Positions 1 through 9,179 of a stretch of 48,132 nucleotides of DNA are shown one piece after another. The notes under the pieces were generated by a model. It was not told the DNA's origin. It ran no database searches and worked only from the letters and a program-made list of their open reading frames with translations. Made by a program: the position numbers and the translations under genes. The stretch is from a virus (lineage: Duplodnaviria > Heunggongvirae > Uroviricota > Caudoviricetes): the IMG/VR virus record IMGVR_UViG_3300042691_020576, one strand, 5' to 3'. Every line of letters begins with the position of its first letter. Positions within the stretch are counted from its first letter, which is position 1.

Positions 1-1245
1 AAGTTGGCTGACAAAATCAGCGATGTGAGAAATGCATTTGCTGAAATTCTTACATCTGATACGCCTAGACTGAGAGGCATCATTCAGAGAGTGCTGTTAC
101 CATACATCAATATGAGTGACAGAGACTTTGTGAAACTTTCTCAAAAAGCCGTAACAGACTTGTTTGACTGGGCTGTACAGACAGACCAAGACTTCAATAG
201 ATGGATTAAGAACATCATGATTAAGGATGGTGGTGTAGCAAGAGAGGTTGCATCATTTGTGAACGAGGTTAAGAAAGATCCAAATCATCCTCTGTACAAC
301 AACGAGATTGTTAATATGATAGAGGGAGTGCCTTCTCCAAAAGCTAGCGGTGAGGGTGTGAACAATATCAAGCTCAATCTTGGTGAGAACAAAGTGTATG
401 ACCAGAACAACATCATCTATGCTTTCCGTGAACTCAGAGATTATCTTAAGGGTGAGAACAGTGAGCTGTACAGAAGAATTGTAACCTTGGCAGTTATACA
501 GAGTGGTTTATCCAGCTCACCAATCTCTTTTACATCACTGATTCCTTACGAGGATTTTGAGGTGGTGTATAACAAAACTTTGTCTAGATTGGAGACAATT
601 AGTAACTTAGAGGACTTTTACAATCTTGGTGTATTCCAGAGAAACAACTGGAATAACGATGATGTAGTTCCATACATGAGAGCTCCTTGGATCAAAGGAA
701 GAGATGGTAACATGTACTACAATCCTGGTATGAGATTTTTACCAGATGCAGCTAAGAACGCTGTAGCTAGTAAAAATGTTCCTCCACTGGTGAGCATCTC
801 AACAAGAAATAGGGAATCTAACTCTGACTACATTGTGTACACCTGGGAGAAATACATAGACTTGCTTACTCCTGAGGAGAATGAAGCATTTGCTGCTAAG
901 AATTATTCAGGGGTGAATAACTTCATCAAGAAGAAGAAAGCAGCGATGAAAAAAGCTGGTGACTATTCCTACCTCAACAAAGGATTGTTTAAGAAAGTGT
1001 ATGATGATTTTGGAGAACCTCTTGAACATGAATATAAGGATAGAAAGTATTTTATATACAAAGCTGCGAATGCTTGGGGTGATAGTTTCAGAGCAAACGA
1101 GTTTTGGGATCATGATCAACAGTCTGTGATTGATAATGGATTTGTAAAGGTGACAGATGTTGACAATAATATGATCATTGATAAGTTCTTGGCTGGTAAG
1201 ACTAAGGCTGATAAAAAAGGTAAAAAGGATCCATTTACTTGTTAA
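1..1245 (+). CDS. C-terminal part of a large virion/ejected protein (5' truncated by window edge)
   Basis: Frame open from base 1; ends KDPFTC 13 nt before another giant gene; position typical of crAss-like cargo-protein cluster; no catalytic motif recognised. Confidence 0.5.
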   Translation, partial: KLADKISDVRNAFAEILTSDTPRLRGIIQRVLLPYINMSDRDFVKLSQKAVTDLFDWAVQTDQDFNRWIKNIMIKDGGVAREVASFVNEVKKDPNHPLYNNEIVNMIEGVPSPKASGEGVNNIKLNLGENKVYDQNNIIYAFRELRDYLKGENSELYRRIVTLAVIQSGLSSSPISFTSLIPYEDFEVVYNKTLSRLETISNLEDFYNLGVFQRNNWNNDDVVPYMRAPWIKGRDGNMYYNPGMRFLPDAAKNAVASKNVPPLVSISTRNRESNSDYIVYTWEKYIDLLTPEENEAFAAKNYSGVNNFIKKKKAAMKKAGDYSYLNKGLFKKVYDDFGEPLEHEYKDRKYFIYKAANAWGDSFRANEFWDHDQQSVIDNGFVKVTDVDNNMIIDKFLAGKTKADKKGKKDPFTC

Positions 1246-1258
1246 AAATTGATACTGA

Positions 1259-4200
1259 ATGACTTGTAATGTACGACAGAATGCTGTAGGTTATTTGAAA
1301 GAAACAGGTGCTCTTGATGAAAACATGATCATTAAAAGCGCTTCATTCTATGCTGAAAATGACAACCTTACAAATATTGCTAGGAGCAAGTATGGTGTGA
1401 AAGGTGAAGGTAGACTCTTTAATGTAAAGAGACTCCCAACTGACAACTATAAAGCTGTAGCTAATGAGGAACTATTCAATGAGCTTCAGCAGAAGTTTGA
1501 TAACTACCAAAGCACCAGATTAACAGATGAGGAGTTGGATGAACTCTATAAAGAGGAATCTCCTATTGATGTTGAAGGAGGTGTAGTGCTTTATCAAATA
1601 GATAATCCATTACAAATTGAACCACAGATAGAAACCTTGGATAAGTTCCTTCTTGACTTTGTAAGCCAGTTTGGTGTAAAGTCAAAAGAGTTTGATGATC
1701 TCAAGGATAGACTGGGCGTTGATGCGCTTGGTGCTACAGATGTTCTCAACAAGTTGATCTGGTACTCAAAGAACAGAAACGAAGAGACTGTTCCTGAGGA
1801 AGTTGGTCACATGTTGGTGATGTTGATGGGAGAGAACCATCCAATGATCAAGGAACTCATGGTTGAAATCAAGAGTTGGTCAGAGTATAAAGAGATAGAG
1901 AAAGTCTATCTTCCTATATACAAGAACGATAAGAAGGTGAAGGTTGAGGCTGTAGGTAAACTGTTGGCAAAAGCTTTTGTGAGAAATTACAAAGCTAGTG
2001 GTCTGAATCCTACACTTCTTCAAAGAGCCCTGAAAGCTATTGAAGAATTCATCAATTCTATACTTGACATCTTCTCTGCATACAACTATTCTGAGAAACT
2101 GGCTGATAAAATTGCTGTGAATGTTCTATTGGGCAACAGAGACTTTGTTGCTAACCTGAAACCTGCTGCTGAAGCATTGGACTTCAACAGAGCTATGGAA
2201 ACAAATGAGCACGCCCAGGAAATATTAAATGTGTTTGGAAAGGAGTTGAACAATCCTCTTACAGGTTCATTGGCTATTGCTGGTCAAGGAGAAACTATCT
2301 ACAGACCATCAGAATCACCTATTCATGATTTGGATTTTGTAGTGAATAACACTTCTCCTGAAAATCTTAAAAGATTGGAAGACAAGTTGATAGAATACAA
2401 AGCTGTAAATATCCACTATGGTTGGAAGAATAGAAACAAGTCTTACACCACCTATGCATACATGATTCCTAAGAAGGGTTACACTATTCAAGAGGTAGAA
2501 AGAGATGCATCAGGCTGGTTGAGAAGCTATTACCTTCGAGATGAGAAGGGTAATATTGTCACTGCGAATTCCACCAACATGATGGCAGTTGACTTCTTTG
2601 TATCTGATGTTCCAGCAAACAGAAGAAGCGTTGGTGACTTTATTAGCTGGAATGACGTATATTATGGTAAGCTCACTCTGAGTCCTATTGGTGAGAAAGA
2701 GGTGCTCTTTCAAAGAGAGAAAGATCAAGAAGACTTTGTATTCTTGGATCCTCAGGATAGATCAAGAATGTCTGATCCTGCATTTATCTACTACCAAATA
2801 GCTCCAAACAAACAGGAGAAAGAACTCACTCCTGCACAAAAAACTTTGCAACAACGCATTCTTGATACTCAGAACAATATTAAGAAAGTGTATGAGAAAA
2901 CAGCAACTGATCCTATTCTGTTAGATACAGAAGAAGCATCTAACTGGTATGAGGCAAAGCAACCTGATGGTACGTTCAAACGTGTAACCAAGAGGGTAAC
3001 TGACCGTGTGAAAGCATGGTATAAACAACGTTTCTCTGACAAGGTGTTCACCAAGGAAGAGATTGAGTTCAACGAATTCAAACGAAAGTTTGGTGTTAAA
3101 GGACACGGATTCTTTGAAGAAATCCATGCTAGATACTTCAACAAAGATGGTACAAGAAAACTGAACCCTGATGCTCGCTCATTAAAACTTTCTGAGGTGG
3201 ACACTCAGATATATGACAAGCTTGAGAAGTATTACGTAGACCTGATTGCTAAGTTCTCAGAAGGAGGAAAGAACCCTCTTGTATTCTCTGAAATCATCAT
3301 CTATGATCCTAAGGAGAAAGAAGCTGGTACCATTGACCTTATGATTGTTGAAGAGAGTGGTAAGGCAAACATCATTGACTGGAAGTTCATGAATGTTCAT
3401 GAGAATGCCAAGGATGTAGCTTGGTATAAGCAGGGAGCATACAACATCCAGTTGACTAGATATAAGGACATTCTTCGTGAGAGATATGGTGTGAAAGAGT
3501 TTGGTATGAACCGAGCAATCCCCATCATCATGAAGATTGAGAAAGAAAACCCCAAGGCAGATAAATCTCCTATGGTGGTGAAAGGTATTGCCATTGGTTC
3601 AGTGGACACTGCAAAGATTGAAGACTTACGTCTGATGCCTGTGTCTGAAGAAACTGAAAGTACTGGTTATGCACAGCTTGATGAGTTGATCAGAGTGTTA
3701 AATGCTACATACAAGCAGATCAGTAAGAAGACTGTCACTGAGGAAGATGAACGTGAGTTCAAGCGTGACCGTCTGAATATTCTGAAACAAGCTATTCGTG
3801 TAGCTCAAAGTACATTGAACATTGCTCCTCTGGTTGATGTAATCAAGATTATGAGAATTGAGGGTCAACAGATCCTTGATGACTATAACACAATCTACAA
3901 AGATAGACCTGCCAACAGTCAAGGTGAAGACTTCACTGATGAAGCTCTTTCTGAAATGGCTGCTAACATGAGAGAGTATACAGCATTCTCAGAAGTGTTT
4001 GGTACAATCAACGACTTGATTGGTGATCTCATCTATACCAAAGATATGGAGAGAGAAGCTAAGACAGAAGCTGAGAAAGATGATGTTGCTGCAAGAAAAG
4101 AACTGTTCAACAATATCAATGAAGAATCTAGACAAATTCGTATTTCTGCAAGAGAAATCAAAGATGTTTCTGGAAAGTTTGCTGACAAATTCATAGGACA

Positions 4201-6961
4201 GAAGAATCTTGTGAAAGGGTTATTGAATCCAGAAGCAGTGGTGAAAGGTTTATCTTCCATGTTCAGAGGTGTTTCTGAATTACCATTAGCATCTCTACAA
4301 GTGCTGTTTAAGATTGTAACGAACGCTAAAGGTAAAGCCTCCAGAGATGCTCTTGAGGAAGTGGATAAGTTGATGGCCATTCGTAAGAAGCTTGTTGACA
4401 GAGGTGGTGATGTTAGAGAACTCGTGAAGAAAATCTATCAGAAAGACGACAAGAACAAGATTGTAAACAAACTGATTTACAAATACAGTAAGTCTTTCTA
4501 TGAGTCTGTAGATAACAATGCTCTTGAGGGTGCTCGTAGCAAAAAGTGGTTACTGGACAATATTGATGTTGATGCATATAAGAAAGAAGCTGGTGAGCTT
4601 CTCCAGAAGAAGATTGAAAGAATCAAGAAACTTCACAGTGATGATGTTGAGATGATGGAAAGCTTAATCTTGGATGAGCAACGTAAGTGGGACATTAGTA
4701 GAAAAGACTTTAACGGTTTCAACAACTACATTATCAAGAGACACCCTCTTCAGAAGTGGGAGTCTGAAGAATACAAGAGTCTGAAGCAAGATCCAGACTT
4801 GATGGAGCTGTACAATTTTATCTCTACCATCAATGAAAAAGCAAAAAGTGCTGGCTATATTAGCAACCAACTTGCATCTACATTCTTACCATTTGTAAGG
4901 AAGAGCATGGCTGAGAGTTTAGCTTGGGATTTTGATTTGTCTGCAGTGATGAATATTGGGGAAAGTTTGAAGATCCAGGCTGATGATGTAGGCTATGGTA
5001 AGGTGAATGAACTCACTGGTGAACTGGAGAACGCTATTCCTAAATACTACACCTATGATTTCACTCGTGGGGAAGATGGTACAAATGACTACTCTGATGT
5101 AAGTGAAGACATCTTCAAGAACATGATCTTGTATATCAACCACATGGAGAAGTACAAGTATTTGTCTGCTGTAGAAGATCAGCTTCAGCTTGTGAAAACC
5201 ATCGAAACATTCAAGAACCACTTGAATACCAATAGGTTAGGTGAGGTGATCCGTCTGAAAACTGGTAAGCCTGAAGAGCTGAAGGGTAACGAAGAGAACA
5301 CCAAAATGTTTGATGACTTCTTGAGAGCTCTCCTGTACGAACAGAAATATCCTTTGTCTGATAGTGATTCTGCCCTGGGCGTTGGTAAGGTGGCAAACTT
5401 TGTAAAGAAAGCCATCAATAATGTAGCTGATAGAGAGGTGTTCAAAATTGATGAGAATCCATCTGCTACATCTCTGGTAAAAACCATGGATGCTGCAAAC
5501 AGAGCTTTCCAATTGAAAACCCTTGGTTTGGAATTCATCTCTGGTGCGGTGAACGCATTTGGTGGTAATATTCAGATTGCTACACAGGCTGGTAACTACT
5601 TCAAAGCTAGAGAGGTGCTGGCAAACGAAACAAAACTGATTGGTAATAAGTGGAAGAGTGATGATGAGCGTGAGATGTTCATCCAACTGATCAACAACTT
5701 TATGCCTCTCAAAGATGATCCTACATATGACAAGCTTCAGGAGGCTGGTTTAACCACGCTCACTAGAGCAAATTTCTCTGATATGCTGATGGTGTTCATG
5801 AGACAGCCAGAACAGCACATTGAGAAATCCATATTCCTTACCCTGTTAGATAACATGATGGTGGAAGATGGTAAGATTGTGAGCATCCGTGAGTTTGTCA
5901 AGAACAAGTATAAGGATAGATATGCATCTGCAAGCAGATATAGAGAGCTGGGCCCCAAGATTGAAGCTGAAATTGATGAGCTCAAGAGGACCAGATCAAT
6001 CAATTCTATCAAAAAACTGGAGAACGGTAAGCTTGTAATCCCTGGTCTTGACCTATCAAATATTCAGGAATTACAGCGTCTGACCAATTTGACCAGACGT
6101 ATTTCCAGAAATGCTACAGGTAACCTGGCTGATGCTGACATAAACCGTATGGGAATGAACATCTGGACCAAGTCCATGATGATATTCAAGAACTGGATCC
6201 CTAAACTGGTAGACACACGCTTTGGTGAGTTCAGAAAGGTGAGTGATGATTTCTCTGTAGAAATTGGAGATGATGGATTGACAACTGGTGAGAAGTATGA
6301 CATTGGTAGAATCAGACTCTTTGCAATGTTTCTCTCTTTGAATATTGTCAAGACTGCTAAAGACATCACTGATGTTCTATCTGTAAATGATGATGGTCTT
6401 GCAAAGCTGGACAAGATGTACGAGGAGTTTGCTGAACAATACGAGAAACGTACAGGCAAACCATTGGAGATGAGCAGAGAGGACTTTATTGACATGATTA
6501 GAACCAATCTTAGAAATCAGATCAAGGAACTTACAATCCTCCTGTCTATGTTTGGTGCCATGTTTGCTCTTGGATTTGCAGCGCCTGACGATGATGATGA
6601 TAGAGCTGACAAGAACTTCCACAGATATGCCCAAAGAGTGATTGACAAGTTCATTGGTGAATTATCATTCTTCTACAATCCTGCTGAGTTTCAGAAGATT
6701 TTGAGTGGTTCTGCCTTCCCAGCCATGGGTATCTTTGGTGACATTTCTAGATTCATCAGTCATATCACTATGGAAATGACAGGAATAGATACGTCTAATC
6801 CTGAACTCACTCCTGAGCAGGTGAGGAAGAAAGCACAACCCATTAAGAATTTGGGTAAGATGTTCCCTGTCACTAAGTCACTGTTCACTTATGGAGCTAT
6901 CATAGATGCTGAATTTGCTAAGGAATTTGACGTTACAATACAGAAAGAAAGCAGGCGATGA
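1259..6961 (+). CDS. Giant (1900 aa) polyvalent virion/ejection protein: zincin-like, nucleotidyltransferase-like and PD-(D/E)XK nuclease modules, helical C-terminal region
   Basis: Motifs PEEVGH...E (1793-1810), TGS-x18-DLD (2261-2335), GTIDL...IIDWK...QLTRY (3325-3463). Confidence 0.65.
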   Translation: MTCNVRQNAVGYLKETGALDENMIIKSASFYAENDNLTNIARSKYGVKGEGRLFNVKRLPTDNYKAVANEELFNELQQKFDNYQSTRLTDEELDELYKEESPIDVEGGVVLYQIDNPLQIEPQIETLDKFLLDFVSQFGVKSKEFDDLKDRLGVDALGATDVLNKLIWYSKNRNEETVPEEVGHMLVMLMGENHPMIKELMVEIKSWSEYKEIEKVYLPIYKNDKKVKVEAVGKLLAKAFVRNYKASGLNPTLLQRALKAIEEFINSILDIFSAYNYSEKLADKIAVNVLLGNRDFVANLKPAAEALDFNRAMETNEHAQEILNVFGKELNNPLTGSLAIAGQGETIYRPSESPIHDLDFVVNNTSPENLKRLEDKLIEYKAVNIHYGWKNRNKSYTTYAYMIPKKGYTIQEVERDASGWLRSYYLRDEKGNIVTANSTNMMAVDFFVSDVPANRRSVGDFISWNDVYYGKLTLSPIGEKEVLFQREKDQEDFVFLDPQDRSRMSDPAFIYYQIAPNKQEKELTPAQKTLQQRILDTQNNIKKVYEKTATDPILLDTEEASNWYEAKQPDGTFKRVTKRVTDRVKAWYKQRFSDKVFTKEEIEFNEFKRKFGVKGHGFFEEIHARYFNKDGTRKLNPDARSLKLSEVDTQIYDKLEKYYVDLIAKFSEGGKNPLVFSEIIIYDPKEKEAGTIDLMIVEESGKANIIDWKFMNVHENAKDVAWYKQGAYNIQLTRYKDILRERYGVKEFGMNRAIPIIMKIEKENPKADKSPMVVKGIAIGSVDTAKIEDLRLMPVSEETESTGYAQLDELIRVLNATYKQISKKTVTEEDEREFKRDRLNILKQAIRVAQSTLNIAPLVDVIKIMRIEGQQILDDYNTIYKDRPANSQGEDFTDEALSEMAANMREYTAFSEVFGTINDLIGDLIYTKDMEREAKTEAEKDDVAARKELFNNINEESRQIRISAREIKDVSGKFADKFIGQKNLVKGLLNPEAVVKGLSSMFRGVSELPLASLQVLFKIVTNAKGKASRDALEEVDKLMAIRKKLVDRGGDVRELVKKIYQKDDKNKIVNKLIYKYSKSFYESVDNNALEGARSKKWLLDNIDVDAYKKEAGELLQKKIERIKKLHSDDVEMMESLILDEQRKWDISRKDFNGFNNYIIKRHPLQKWESEEYKSLKQDPDLMELYNFISTINEKAKSAGYISNQLASTFLPFVRKSMAESLAWDFDLSAVMNIGESLKIQADDVGYGKVNELTGELENAIPKYYTYDFTRGEDGTNDYSDVSEDIFKNMILYINHMEKYKYLSAVEDQLQLVKTIETFKNHLNTNRLGEVIRLKTGKPEELKGNEENTKMFDDFLRALLYEQKYPLSDSDSALGVGKVANFVKKAINNVADREVFKIDENPSATSLVKTMDAANRAFQLKTLGLEFISGAVNAFGGNIQIATQAGNYFKAREVLANETKLIGNKWKSDDEREMFIQLINNFMPLKDDPTYDKLQEAGLTTLTRANFSDMLMVFMRQPEQHIEKSIFLTLLDNMMVEDGKIVSIREFVKNKYKDRYASASRYRELGPKIEAEIDELKRTRSINSIKKLENGKLVIPGLDLSNIQELQRLTNLTRRISRNATGNLADADINRMGMNIWTKSMMIFKNWIPKLVDTRFGEFRKVSDDFSVEIGDDGLTTGEKYDIGRIRLFAMFLSLNIVKTAKDITDVLSVNDDGLAKLDKMYEEFAEQYEKRTGKPLEMSREDFIDMIRTNLRNQIKELTILLSMFGAMFALGFAAPDDDDDRADKNFHRYAQRVIDKFIGELSFFYNPAEFQKILSGSAFPAMGIFGDISRFISHITMEMTGIDTSNPELTPEQVRKKAQPIKNLGKMFPVTKSLFTYGAIIDAEFAKEFDVTIQKESRR

Positions 6962-6995
6962 TAGCTATATTATGTCAGCTTTTTATTCATAACTC

Positions 6996-7026
6996 ATTGA
7001 AAATACATCACTAACAATTAATTTCG
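6996..7026 (+). promoter_or_regulatory. Bacteroidota sigma70-type promoter, ATTG-N19-TAATTTCG
   Basis: Near match to TTTG(-33)/TAnnTTTG(-7) consensus; ATG 5 nt downstream. Confidence 0.55.
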
Positions 7027-7031
7027 CAAAC

Positions 7032-7427
7032 ATGCGTACTGCTTCAATTTGCCCAACTTGCGCCACTTATGAGAATGCTGTATGTGTTCTTTACAATGGT
7101 GAATACCTTACCAATATTGACGTAAATCCTCTTGATTCTCTGGAGGTTGCTCTTGGTAAGATTAATGACAACCTCGTTCCCAAATCTGGAACAGGTGCCC
7201 CCACTGCTGCAGCCATATATCTTGGCCAACTTTATACACGAACAGGTGGTGCAACCAATTTATACTACGCACAAACTACTGGTACGGGCGCACTTGACTG
7301 GAGAATTCTCCTATCTGTAGACTACACAGGTGCTCCTGAGTATCTAGACAACAATGACGCTATTACTAATGGTTTGCTTGTTGGTCAAGTTTATCGTACA
7401 GATGATGTATTGAAAATCGTACATTAA
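7032..7427 (+). CDS. Small tail/structural protein
   Basis: N-terminal C-x7-CVxYxG domain shared with next gene; C-terminal YLDNNDA...GLLVGQVYRT...LKIV motif seen in Bacteroidota phage tail proteins. Confidence 0.5.
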   Translation: MRTASICPTCATYENAVCVLYNGEYLTNIDVNPLDSLEVALGKINDNLVPKSGTGAPTAAAIYLGQLYTRTGGATNLYYAQTTGTGALDWRILLSVDYTGAPEYLDNNDAITNGLLVGQVYRTDDVLKIVH

Positions 7428-7435
7428 TCATTGAA

Positions 7436-9169
7436 ATGAACGTATTACCATCCATATTGAACTATGATGGTACGTCAGGAGTTTCTGGTGCATGTAGTAC
7501 ACCTGAACCAGTTATTATCCCAAACGTACCCTTAGAGACTAGCCCTGAGACACAAGGATCATCCTTTCTCTCAAGGCTATACTCATTTAATAACACTTGC
7601 TCAACATGCGTGTCTCCTACACCAGTTCTTTGTGGTGGAGATGCATGTCCTATTATTCTAGATTCTAACTGTGTGTTTTATGAGGGAGGAAACCTCATTT
7701 ACACAAAGATCAATACAGGTGATACAGTCCAAGAAGCTTTTGAGAAAATTGAAGCTTTCTTTGCGTCTGGTGCTTCTGCTACCTCTGGTTCTAGTGGAAG
7801 TTCTGGCTCCTCAGGATCTAGTGGTTCATCAGGAACATCAGGATCTAGCGGAAGTTCAGGAACTGACGGTACTAGCGGATCAAGTGGTAGTTCAGGTAGT
7901 TCAGGAGAAACTGGATCTGCAGGTAGCTCAGGAACGTCTGGAACAGATGGTTCTGCAGGTAGTTCGGGTACATCGGGTTCCACTGTAGGAAATTTATTTG
8001 TAGATAATATTCTTGTAAGCTTGAGTGGTATAAAGACTCTTGGTAGATATGGAAATGGAGACATCATTCCATCAGCAGGATTAACTTCTGAAGAAGTGAT
8101 GAATCTGATTGCTAGAGAACCACTTAATCCAACTGTAAGTTTGTCTTCTCCAACTGTAGTTCAGTTTAATCAAACTGCCATCAGCAACATATTGAACTTC
8201 TCTTACACAATCAACTCTATTGGTGCGACTGTGGCAAGTGCTGTTCTTTCCTACAGAAGACAGGGTGATGTTACTTGGACAGTTTTGAGTACAAGCACAA
8301 TCACTCCGTCAAGCTTTACACATGCTTTCACAGACCCTATTCCATTCTCAGGAGCTACAAACGCTGCAGGTAACAACGTCTTAGCATATCAGTATCAATA
8401 TGTTGTAACTGATACAGCTGGTGCTTCATCAACTGCAACTTTCAATGTTACACCTCAATCTTATGTGGCTCCAAGTATCAGTTTCTCTGCTCCTGCTGTT
8501 GCTTTTGCATATCCTGCAATTGAAACAAATACTAAGAGAGAGATTGGTAATACATCTTCTACACTTCAAGGTTCTACCTCCAGAAACTCTTCTTTGGTAC
8601 CAATTAGTGGTTATCAGTTTCAAGTTTCTGTAAATGGTGGTGGATATACAAACCTAGGAAGTGTTGTGTCCTTAGGAGCTGCTGGTGGTAGCTTTACATC
8701 TTTACCAGATGCACAGTCTACAGCCAACAATATAACATCTGTAACATATAGAGTGTTAGTGTATGATGCTTACAATGCAACTACAGGATCATTTGCAAAT
8801 TCTGTTTACGGTATTATATTCCGCAACATTATATTCTATGGTCCAGTTGCTGCTTCTGTTACAAACTCTGCAGAAGTGAGAGCTCTATCATCATTTATTT
8901 TTACAGATGGTTCAAATCCATTCATCCTTAATACAGGTAGTACGTTGGTGAAATTTGTTGCAGCTATGCCTGCAACAGTTCCAGTTGTTAAATCAATCAC
9001 TCAAGTAATTGACTTAGATGCTTTGAATGCTAATATTACTGCTTCATATATTCTAAGTCAATTCAATGTTCAAAATGGTGGTGGTGTGAACGTGTTGTAC
9101 AATGTTTATGAAATGACCATTGGATCACCATATTCATCCAACCATAGACATCAAATAACCACAACTTAA
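7436..9169 (+). CDS. Virion structural protein with Ser/Thr-rich collagen-like (X-X-G)n segment and Ig-like beta-rich C-terminus
   Basis: About 22 X-X-G triplets; T/S/V-rich beta pattern; directly upstream of tail fibre. Confidence 0.6.
   Translation: MNVLPSILNYDGTSGVSGACSTPEPVIIPNVPLETSPETQGSSFLSRLYSFNNTCSTCVSPTPVLCGGDACPIILDSNCVFYEGGNLIYTKINTGDTVQEAFEKIEAFFASGASATSGSSGSSGSSGSSGSSGTSGSSGSSGTDGTSGSSGSSGSSGETGSAGSSGTSGTDGSAGSSGTSGSTVGNLFVDNILVSLSGIKTLGRYGNGDIIPSAGLTSEEVMNLIAREPLNPTVSLSSPTVVQFNQTAISNILNFSYTINSIGATVASAVLSYRRQGDVTWTVLSTSTITPSSFTHAFTDPIPFSGATNAAGNNVLAYQYQYVVTDTAGASSTATFNVTPQSYVAPSISFSAPAVAFAYPAIETNTKREIGNTSSTLQGSTSRNSSLVPISGYQFQVSVNGGGYTNLGSVVSLGAAGGSFTSLPDAQSTANNITSVTYRVLVYDAYNATTGSFANSVYGIIFRNIIFYGPVAASVTNSAEVRALSSFIFTDGSNPFILNTGSTLVKFVAAMPATVPVVKSITQVIDLDALNANITASYILSQFNVQNGGGVNVLYNVYEMTIGSPYSSNHRHQITTT
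7781..7978 (+). repeat. (S/T-S/D-G)n triplet repeat
   Basis: TSGSSGSSG...TDG...SAG; Gly every third residue, heterogeneous Ser codons. Confidence 0.85.
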
Positions 9170-9179
9170 TATATAAAAG

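Noticed and set aside
2510-6634. Many short antisense ORFs under long genes (also elsewhere in the window)
   Set aside because: They lie entirely under long motif-bearing genes and show no independent signals
1-6961. Virion RNA polymerase catalytic subunit
   Set aside because: No DxDxD loop (DFDID-type) found; the nearest, WDFDLS, lacks the third Asp. The polymerase may lie upstream of the window
7671-8067. Alternative-frame and antisense ORFs (Pro/Glu-rich, Val/Gln-rich)
   Set aside because: Shadows of the (SSG)n repeat
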